From the NCBI GenBank assembly GCA_951406725.2, contig OX597836.1, positions 32,984,001 through 33,048,000 of the forward strand: a stretch of 64,000 nt of DNA, given 5' to 3'. Of the stretch, positions 54,309-64,000 are shown in pieces. The notes under the pieces are model-generated. The model saw only the letters and a program-made list of their open reading frames with translations, did no database searches and was not told the DNA's origin. Both the position numbers and the translations under genes were made by a program. Position 1 is the stretch's first letter. Every line of letters starts with the position of its first letter. This DNA is from Octopus vulgaris (Eukaryota).

Positions 54309-54987
54309 TTTTATTTCTTTATTAACCACAGGGGGCTAAACATAGAGGGGACAACCAAGGACAGACAAAGGGATTAAGTCGATAACATCGACCCCAGTGC
54401 ATAACTGGTACTTATTTAATTGACCCTGACAGGATGAAAGGCAAAGTCGACATTCATACACATTTACACATATACATCATCATTATTACCCTTATTACCC
54501 ATTTTCTACCAAGCCCAACATGGGTATATATATGGATACAATAGATACATACATACATATGTGTGTGTGTGTGCCTGTATGTGTGTGTGTGTGTGTGTGT
54601 GTTTATGTATGTATGTATGTATGTATGTATGTATGTATATGTATATATGTGTGTGTTTGGATTTTAATTATTTCTGTGGGAGGTTTTGGAATGTAACACC
54701 CGTGATAGTCAAGGGATTACTGTAGTATCTGTATTTCAAAGGGCCAGACTTGTCCCATTCTGTGTCACACTGAATCTCCTCAAGAACAACATTAATGGTA
54801 TGTGTGTCTGTAGAGTGTTCAGCCACATGCACATAGAATTTCACAAGCAGGCTATTCTGTTGATCAGATCAACCGGTACCGTCATCCTCAGAACCGATGG
54901 ATTGCCAGTATAATTCAGACACCAGAATGAAACTTTGAGTCTCGTCAGGTTGTCATTCTCCAAACTTTCTTGTAATTAAGCTCTTGT

Positions 54988-55326
54988 AAAGGTGCATGGC
55001 TCAGTGGTTAGAGTGTCGAGCTTGCAATCGTGAGGTTGTGAGTTTGAATCCCGGACCAGGCTGTGTGTTGTGTTCTTGAGCAAGACACTTTATTTCACGT
55101 TGCTCCAGTTCACTCAACTGTAGAAATGAGTTGCGATGTCACAGGTACTAAACTGTATCGGCCCCTTTGCCTTACCCTTGGATAACACTGGTGGCATGGA
55201 GAGGGGAGGCTGGTATGCATGGTTGACTGCTGGTCTTCCATAAACAACCTTGCCCGGACTTGTGTGCCTGGGAGGGTAACTTTCTAGGTGCAATCCCACG
55301 GTCAGTCATGACCGAATGGGGTCTCA
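54988..55326 (+). mobile_element. tRNA-derived SINE family E
   Basis: TGGCTCAGTGGTTAG A-box, GAGTTTGAATCCC B-box, body ttcttgagcaagacacttt...ttgctccagttcactca; a 5'-truncated copy lies at about 62235-62482. Confidence 0.8.
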
Positions 55327-56727
55327 AGCTTAGATCGTCATTGGCTACAGGATTTTATGGTGCATCGATTTTTCTCTAGAAGGCTGGATCCTGCAAATTA
55401 CCTCAATGACAGCTCTCACCCCTCTAACCCATAAAATGCTTGTCGAACCAATTCATGTAGAAAAGGGGGCCCCCAGACACATACAGAATTTGTCTCTTAA
55501 AATATGTTATGTGAAACGTGATTCGAGTTTCAATCCAACTCCTGCACAACATTTGACTAATTGTGACACAGGACTCAACGACGGGTCCAAAACTCATGTG
55601 ATGGCTATTTTAGCCAATCACCACAAAGTAGTGTGGTGAACCGATGATCACATGATCGCTACATATATAAACAAAGCTTAAGGATCAACACAACTTGTTC
55701 TTGCTTACACCAGCATGGAAAATGGATGTGAAATGATGAGGAGGATGATGATGATGATGGTGGTAATGGTGGTAGTGGTAGTGGCAGTAGTGGTGGAGGA
55801 GGTGGAGGGGTGATGATGATGATGATGATGACGACGATGACGATGATGATGATGATGACGATGATGATGATGATGGTGGTAATGGTGGTAGTGGTAGTGG
55901 CAGTAGTGGTGGAGGAGGTGGAGGGGTGATGATGATGATGATGATGATGATAGTGGTGGTGGCGGCGGCGGTTGTGGTGGCGGCGGTGGCGACGGCGGCG
56001 GTGGCGGTGGTGGTGGTGGTGGTGGCGGCTGTGTGCGTGTATGCTTTGATATGAAGTTATTTATAGAAGTAGTTTTAATATCAAACTGAAGGATCACTCA
56101 ATACATTCAAGTAGAGTATATATGTATTAATATTTTAATAAATATGGGTGTATATGTATGTGTGTGTATGCATGTGTAGAGACATACAGACACACACACA
56201 TATATATTTCTATACACATGTAGATATATGTGTGCATGTACATTATATATATATATATATATATATATACATACACACATACACACACACATATATATAT
56301 ACACATATATATACACACACATGTATATATATACATATATATACATATATATGCCTATACATGTATATATAATTGATATATATATATATATATATGCGTG
56401 TGGATATGTACATATATACATGTATGTATATGTGAGTATATACACACATATATAAATATATATATTTATATATATATATGTATATATTCACACACACATA
56501 CATGTATATATGTACATACACACACACACACACACATTTAATCTTAGTAAATTTAATTATGGTTCACCATATTTCCCAAGAGATTACTGTCACTATAAAA
56601 CATTTATTTAATGTTGAAAATATCTTGAAATGGACCAATGGGGAACAATTACATCTTAACATTTATCGTCAGAAAGGTACATTATGCGTATGTGTGCATG
56701 TTTGTGCATGTCTGTGTGTGTGCATGT

Positions 56728-56770
<43 letters not shown>

Positions 56771-57280
56771 TAATAATTAAGTAATTGGGTTGCTGAAATA
56801 GCAAGTAAACAACTGTGTGGGGTGTAAAATATGTATACTAACTATTTCCAGTTTTGGCTCGTGGCCAACGGATGAAAAGGAGAGATTCAGATCAGGTCAG
56901 ATTTTGTGGAGGGCAATGCATCATTGCAGTGCATTGCTGCATTTACCATTTATCGGTATATTCCTGGATCCCCTCGGAGTGATCCACTGAGAAGAGCTCC
57001 AGTCAGTCCGCATCTCCATGAGATACCTTTCCATCCGCTGTGACCATCAGGCATGTGGTCGGCCAGAATGAGCAGTCAACCCAACCAGGTCCTTAGTGAA
57101 GGGAATATGGTAAACAAATAAAAGCATGATGCGCTGAAGGAATATTTTGTCTTAAAATTCTATTTAATAGAGTGCCAACCATTATGTTCATAGTTACTTA
57201 CCATATTAAGCTAAGTCAGAAGTGGGGGCATGCATCATTTTAGTGCATTACTGCATTCGTCATTTGTTGGTATATTGCTG

Positions 57281-57649
57281 AGCGAGCTGGCAGAATCATT
57301 AGCATGCCGGGCGAAATGCTTAGCTGTATTTCGTCTGCCGCTACATTCTGAGTTCAAATTCCGCCGAGGTTGACTTTGCCTTTCATCCTTTCGGGGTCGA
57401 TAAATTAAGTACCAGTTGCGCACTGGGGTCGAAGAATGTGAGTAGAGAGATATTTAGGTGCCCAGTATAAACACACTTATCGCTACGTTCTGAGTTCAAA
57501 TTCCGTCGAGGTCGACTTTGCCTTTCATCCTTTCGGGGTCGATTAAATAAGTACCAGTTACACACTGGGGTCGATATAATCGACTTAATCCGTTTGTCTG
57601 TCCTTGTTTGTCCTCTCTGTGTTTAGCCCCTTGTGGGTAGTACAGAATA
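57281..57649 (+). mobile_element. SINE family C dimer inserted into an RTE fragment
   Basis: Flanked by GGTATATTGCTG at 57269-57280 and 57650-57661. Confidence 0.85.
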
Positions 57650-57864
57650 GGTATATTGCTGGGTCCCCGCGGGTGATCCATTGAACAGAGAGTCACAATT
57701 AGTCCTCATCTGCTGTGATTATAAGGCATGTGGTCAACCAACATGAGCTGTCAACCCAGCTGGACACTCAGTGAAGAGTATATGGTGAAGAGGGTCTAAC
57801 TGAGAAAATTGAGCACACTACCCGCTTATTAAAATATTGGGCAAATCTTCCTGAACTGATATGC

Positions 57865-58135
57865 CTGAAACTGTAGTCAAATCTCCCTTAACTGACATAC
57901 TAGAAATAGCAGCCAAATCTCTCTTAACTGGCATGCTAGAAATAGCAGGCAAATTTCCGTTAACTGACATACTAGAAATAGCAACCAAATTTCCCTTAAC
58001 TGACATGCTAGAAATAGCAGCCAAATCTCCCTTAACTGACATAGAAATAGCAGCCAAATCTCCCTTCTTAACTGACATACCAGAAATAGCAGCCAAATCT
58101 GCCTCAATTACATGCTAGAAACAGCAAGCCAAAAC
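57865..58135. repeat. Minisatellite, 36-bp unit (CTAGAAATAGCAGCCAAATCTCCCTTAACTGACAT[AG])
   Basis: About 7 tandem units; produces the repeated LEIAAKSPLTDM peptide in the ORF track. Confidence 0.9.
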
Positions 58136-58779
58136 TCCTTTACATAACACTAGGTCAAGTGTGGGCATGGGGTATGCACCATTGCAGTGCATTAATGCAG
58201 TCACCATTTGACAGTATAATCCTGGGACCTCTCGAGTGACTACTAGCAGAGTCTCAGTCAGACCCCATCTCCATAAGATATATCTTCATCTGCTGTGTTC
58301 GCATGGCATGTGTTCGTCCAACCCAGCTGGATCTTCAGTGAAGAGAACATGGTAAGCAGGGTCTAACTCTAAAATTCAAGCAATGTCATTTTCTGGTTGT
58401 TATGTCAAGTCAAGTCATAACATAACCAATAAAAAAGGTTTAATTAACTACTGTAATTAATATCTTTTATTATTATCCGGATAATAAAAGTTATGTTTTA
58501 TTAGCAAGATCGACTTAATAGTTAGTTTAGTATTTAACATGTATTAGTAGGCATTGGCTGAATGTGGCTTTGTGAGGGGTGCATATTGCCTGTCACACTT
58601 GTTATTGGGGACCCAAGATTTGGCTGCATTATGGATGACAGAGGATTCTGAAGAAAACCAAGACAACAGCTTACATAGTCTTAGTCAGTTTTAATTGGAT
58701 GCATATATATATTAATAGAGGTAGTAATACAGATAAACATTGTTAGGCTTGATATATATACATATATATACATACATTT

Positions 58780-58955
58780 AGCCACCACACACATTTTTTT
58801 TCTCTCCTTGTTTTTCTGTGTTCCTTTCTGTAGAAGAGCATAGGCTCGAAACGTAAAAGACTTATTCTATTCCTGAGCGTTATACAAATACATCTGTTTG
58901 TTTTGTTTTGTACACCACCTGTCTTCATCTTTTGTTTTTTTCGTAAACTTTCCCT
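58780..58955 (+). mobile_element. Penelope-like terminal-repeat remnant with a minimal hammerhead-like motif (58824-58859)
   Basis: CTTT-CTGTAGA-AGAGC-ATAG-GCTC-GAAA-CGT-A-AAAG: stems I and II and palindromic ACGT stem III are present, but the core is CUGUAGA rather than CUGANGA. Flanked by TA/CA tracts. Confidence 0.55.
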
Positions 58956-59199
58956 ATATATATACACACACACATATATAAAAAAAAATCATTGGTTAGA
59001 GAACAAACATCAAATTCAGGCTGAAGACTTTATATAACCCCACACTTCTATACATTTCATCATATACAAATAATACCATGGCCTTCAACATATAAAAGAA
59101 TTACATATATAATGAGTATATATGTGTGTATATATATATGTGTGTATATATATATGTGTGTGTGTGTGTGTACATATGGTGATGGTAATGATATATATA

Positions 59200-59710
59200 C
59201 CGTAAATCCTAGAATATAGTCCACACTTGAGTATAATACGCAGGGTATTTTTAGGGGGCTGTACATCTGAAAAACCTAAACCTTGTGTATAATACACACC
59301 CCTTCTCTAACTTGAGTCAAGGAGGTCTATATAACGTCCTTGGTTTGTAAAAATGTATACGGTAACATCCTTTATTATTATTGTACATATAACATAATGC
59401 AAATGTGTAACTTTTTTGTGCATTTTGTTTGCAGAAAATAAAGAAATAACAGTAATGACGTTTAATACATGTTGCTTATTGCAAGTTATGGATGATTCTT
59501 TTATGACTTCATTGCTTTCAGGTTTAGCTTAAGGTATTTTCACACCCGACATCACAAAATGCATCTGAATAAACATTGCCAGACAGCAAATAGAAACTTG
59601 GACATTGCTTAAAAAATAATTTTCATTTATAACCTCATATATAGTAAGCACTAGGGATTTTGACCTTTAAATTTTTGGGGAAAAATGCAGATTATACTCA
59701 AGGATTTACA

Positions 59711-59711
<1 letters not shown>
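59200..59711. mobile_element. pogo/Tigger-like MITE inserted in (TA)n
   Basis: TA|CCGTAAATCCTAGAATATA ... TATACTCAAGGATTTACAG|TA terminal inverted repeats, with subterminal repeated gtataatac motifs. Confidence 0.75.
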
Positions 59712-59765
<54 letters not shown>

Positions 59766-59799
59766 TATACATATATATATATACATGGAGCACAGTTAC

Positions 59800-60030
59800 T
59801 TCCAGCATCTCCATCACATTGGTGAAACTAGGATTACAGGCCCAGATTTTACTGATGGCATAGTTACATTTGCTGAATCTCTGAATGTCTTAAGGGATAT
59901 TTTCTTTGGCCTTAAAATCTCTTGGGTCAAGATAAAGATCCAGTCCTTTATTGGTTTCTTGGAGGACCCTGTCTTCTCTGTGTCTGTTGTTGGGGAAAAC
60001 ATCAGAGTTGTTGACCGCTTCAGTTATCTA
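59800..60030 (+). pseudogene. RTE-like reverse transcriptase fragment
   Basis: RITGPDFTDGIVTFAESL...GLKISWVKIKIQ...VVGENIRVVDRFSYL: a decayed DFADD motif plus GLxISxxKTK and FxYLG boxes. Confidence 0.7.
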
Positions 60031-60220
60031 CTGGAAAAAGAAATAAAAAGAGATTGGAAGTGTTAGTGTTAAATTAATCCACCCCAGTACATAACTGGTA
60101 CATATTTTATTGACCATTGGAGAGGTGAAAGGTAGAGATAAGAATTAATGTCACCATGTTCAGAAACAACTGGATATTGTCACACAGCATATTTTTCAGT
60201 TTCTCTTACCTCCCGTAATG

Positions 60221-60252
<32 letters not shown>

Positions 60253-60969
60253 GGTGGTGGTGGTGGTGGTGGTGGTGGCGGCGGCGGCGGCGGCGGTGGT
60301 GGTCCTTTCTGCTATAGGCACATGGACTGAAACTTTTAGTGAAGAGAGGGGACAGTCTATTAGCTCAACCCCAATATGCAACTGGTACTTATTTTATCGA
60401 CCGCTCCGAAAGGATGAATGGCAAAGTCAAATTCGGCAGAATTTGAACTTAGAACGTAAAGACAAACGAAATGTTGCTAAACATTTCCCCACGGTGCTAA
60501 CAATTCTGCCATCTCGCTGTCTTAATAATAATGATAATAATAATGATGATGATTTCAAATTTTTGCCACAGGGGTAGCTTGGGGGTAGAGACTAGTTGAT
60601 TACATCAACTCCAGGGTTTCACTGGTACTTAATCTATCGACCCTGAAAGGATGAAAGGCCAAGTTGACCTCGGTGGAATTTGAACTTATAACATGGCCGT
60701 TGACCTCGGTGGAATTTGAACTTATAACATGGCCGTTGACCTCGGTGGAATTTGAACTTATAACCATGGCCGTTGCCAGCCTCGCCTGGTACCTGTGCGG
60801 GTGGCACGTAAAAAGCACCCACTACACTCACGGAGTGGTTGGCGTTAGGAAGGGCATCCAGCTGTAGAAACATTGCCAGATAAGACTGGAGCCTGGTGTA
60901 GCCTTCTGGCTTCCCAGATCCCCGGTCGAACCGTCCAACCCATGCTAGCATGGAGAACGGACGTTAAAC

Positions 60970-61001
<32 letters not shown>

Positions 61002-61100
61002 TAGCAGCGGGCAAAATACCGCTAAGCTTTTCGTCCAGCATTCTAACGATTCTGCCAGCTCACCATCTTAATGATGATAATAATAACAATAATAATAGTA

Positions 61101-61146
<46 letters not shown>

Positions 61147-61164
61147 TAATAACAACAATAATAA

Positions 61165-61625
61165 AAGATCTCTGAAAAATGTTTGAGAAATTGAGCAAAT
61201 ATAAGGATTCAAAGATAGAAATCAGAAGAATGTGGCATCCCAAAACAACATTACTTATTGTTATTGCAGCACTTGGAATGATATTAAAAGGGGCAACCAA
61301 ATAGATAGGCCAAATTCCTGACAACCCCAATGTGAATAGCAAAAGATAATACTTAAGGGTAGCTCACATATTTTATGTAAATTCCTCTCCATGTAAACAC
61401 AGTCTTATTTGTTCGCCTTTATGATATATTTTATAAAATAGGAATATTTTCTTTTTATAACACACAGACATCGAGTTTTCCAGTTGCATGGTACTTTTCA
61501 ACTTTTTGTATCTTTACATGCAAAAACTTGTTGTTCTTTGATGTCTCTAGTTGATTGTTGGGTGCAGCTTGTACAAATTATATAACAAAGGTGAAAAAAA
61601 TTAATTAAAAATAATTATAATAATG
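61165..61625 (+). pseudogene. R4/Dong-like non-LTR retrotransposon 3' end (restriction-like endonuclease C-terminus and 3' UTR)
   Basis: FEKLSKYKDSKIEIRRMWHPKTTLLIVIAALGMI...IP...QKIILKGSSHILCKFLSM* (stop 61394-61396). Begins directly after a (TAA)n tract and ends in a TAA-rich tail. Confidence 0.8.
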
Positions 61626-61821
61626 ATTTCAAATTTTTACCATAAGGGCAGCTTGAGAGTAGAGGATTAAGTAGGTTACATCGACCCCTGTTGGGTGCAG
61701 CTTGTACAAATTATATAACAAAGGTGAAAAAAATTAATTAAAAATAATTATAATAATGATTTCAAATTTTTACCATAAGGGCAGCTTGAGAGTAGAGGAT
61801 TAAGTAGGTTACATCGACCCC
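61556..61821. repeat. Perfect 133-bp tandem duplication
   Basis: 61556-61688 equals 61689-61821, with TGT microhomology at the junction. Confidence 0.9.
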
Positions 61822-62528
61822 TGTGCATAATTGGTACTTGTTTAGCCGACCTTGAAAGGATGAAAGGCAAAGTCAACCTCGGCGGAATTTGAACTCAGAA
61901 TGTAGTGACAGACGAAATACCACATGGTTCCGGGTTCAGTCCCACTGTGTGGCACCTTGGGCAAGTGTCTTCTACTATAGCCTTGGGCTGCCCAAAGCCT
62001 TGTGAGTGGATTTGGTAGATGGGAACAGAAAGAAGCCCTTTGTATATGGATATATGTATGTATTTGTGTTTTTTTGTTGACAACTGATGCTGGTGTGTTT
62101 ATGTCCCCGTAACTTAACGGTTTGGCAAAAGAGACCAATAGAATAAGTCCTGGGGTCAATTTCTTCAACTAAAGGTGGTGCTCCAGCATGACTGCAGTCA
62201 AATGACTGAAACAAATAAAAGAATAAAAGAATACAGGCTGCGTATTGTGTTCTTTCACTTTGCTCCAGTTCACTCAGCTGTAGAAATGAGTTGCAACATC
62301 ACTGGTGCCAAGCTGTATCGGCCCCTTTGCCTTTCCTTTGGATAACATCAGTGGTGTGGAGAGGGAAGGCTGGCATGCATGGGCGACTGCTGGCCTTCCA
62401 TAAACAACCTTGCCTGGACTTCTGCCTCTGTGGGTATCTTTCTAGGTGCAATCCCATGGTCATTCATGACCAAAGGGGTCTCCACTCCCATACACACACA
62501 TACACATATATATTATTATAATCATCAT

Positions 62529-62580
<52 letters not shown>

Positions 62581-62581
62581 T

Positions 62582-63000
62582 AGGCGCAGGAGTGGCTGTG
62601 TGGTAAGTAGCTTGCTAACCAACCACATGGTTCCGGGTTCAGTCCCACTGCGTGGCATCTTGGGCAAGTGTCTTCTGCTATAGCCCCGGGCCGACCAATG
62701 CCTTGTGAGTGGATTTGGTAAACGGAAACTGAAAGAAGCCTGTCGTATATATGTATATATATATATATATATGTGTGTGTATATGTGTTTGTATGTTTGT
62801 GTTTGTCCCCCTAGCATTGCTTGACAACCGATGCTGGTGTGTTTACGTCCCTGTCACTAAGCTGTTCTTCAAAAGAGACCGATAGAATAAGTACTGGGCT
62901 TACAAAGAATAAGTCCTGGGGTCGATTTGCTCGACTAAAGGCGGTGCTCCAGCATGGCCGCAGTCAAATGACTGAAACAAGTAAAAGAGTAAAGAGTAAG
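62582..63000 (+). mobile_element. SINE family A, young subfamily
   Basis: Nearly identical to 20852-21273. Confidence 0.9.
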
Positions 63001-63393
63001 AGTATTAATTTTAAAGGAAAAATTATATACTTTGTATTAAATTTTTCATAAACTGGTTTTCCATTCTGGCCACTTGATAAATTCTTATATAGATTTTATC
63101 CTTATATTTTGTGTGTGTGTGTGTATACACACACACACACACACACAGAGGCACACACATGTGCATGTATACATTTGGTTCTGTACACACTTCATTAAGA
63201 TGCTCTTTCAAGTAGAAAGGGAGAGAAAAAGAATCTTAAGTAATCTTAAATAGTCTCTCCTTCTATTTTCACTTCTCTCACTGAATAATGTTTTCCTAGC
63301 CATGAACTTTGATAAACAATCTTGCAGAAAGCTTATCGGTTTCTCTGTATTCTTTCAGAGTTTCTGGTCCAGAGTCCATGATACACACACACT

Positions 63394-63445
<52 letters not shown>

Positions 63446-63713
63446 TATGTATATATAATATATATATGTATAAATGTATTTTACGTATGTACATACATAC
63501 GTATATATATATTTATTTTTATATATGTGCATGCATGTATTGTATGCATGTAAATGTATATATATATATATATATGAATGCATATACATATGTATATTCT
63601 TTGTAGGTGTATATATATATATATATGTGTGTGTGTGTATATATATTGTATGTATATATATATATATATGGTGTGTGTATATATATATATGTAGATGTAT
63701 ATATATACATATA

Positions 63714-63748
<35 letters not shown>

Positions 63749-63873
63749 CTGTGTGTATGTATATATACATGTATACATATGAATTAAAATTTTTTTTCTT
63801 TCTTTGAATTTATATATATATATGTATTTATACATATATATGTGTGTAGATATATATGTATGTATATATATAG

Positions 63874-63905
<32 letters not shown>

Positions 63906-63922
63906 GTATATGTATATATATA

Positions 63923-63993
<71 letters not shown>

Positions 63994-64000
63994 ATATTAT

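Larger units (their letters stand above)
56885..58385 (-). mobile_element. Three clustered 3'-end fragments of one RTE-like LINE (about 56885-57115; 57210-57820 split by a SINE; 58150-58385)
   Basis: Mutually homologous blocks of about 230 bp. Minus-strand translation GRPHA*WSQRMERYLMEM...MVNAAMHCN.ACP resembles RTE C-termini; short (CTGA[TC])n-like tail. Confidence 0.6.

Noticed and set aside
54925-54960. CTGACGA on the minus strand as a hammerhead (similarly about 25008, 41882 and 56668)
   Set aside because: No correctly placed GAAA/NUH with pairing stems.

Overview
AT-rich eukaryotic (metazoan) genomic DNA, dominated by microsatellites ((TA)n, (CA)n, (CT)n, (CAT)n, (TAA)n, (CAC)n, (TAGA)n) and several tRNA-derived SINE families. 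The repeat landscape strongly suggests an octopus/coleoid cephalopod genome (inference). Only one confident host coding exon is visible: a 182-nt internal exon (21663-21844, +) of an otoferlin-type ferlin, covering the end of the last C2 domain. I found no neighbouring ferlin exon, so the window appears to be mostly two very long introns. Almost all ORFs in the supplied track are microsatellite or SINE artefacts. Decayed mobile elements include RTE-type LINE pieces, an R4/Dong-like 3' end beside a (TAA)n tract, a Penelope-like GIY-YIG remnant, Chapaev3-like, Tc1/mariner, pogo-like and piggyBac-like MITEs, and a probable Helitron end. The most notable signal is a set of short, often fold-back elements carrying type I hammerhead ribozyme cores. 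Three copies with intact cores lie antisense to the ferlin gene; several variant or decayed ones lie on the sense strand. Also notable: a near-identical inverted SINE pair bracketing the exon, two candidate unannotated exons, and a minisatellite rich in YY1/Pho-like GCCAT motifs. All alignments were done by eye; repeat boundaries are approximate and no database search was run.
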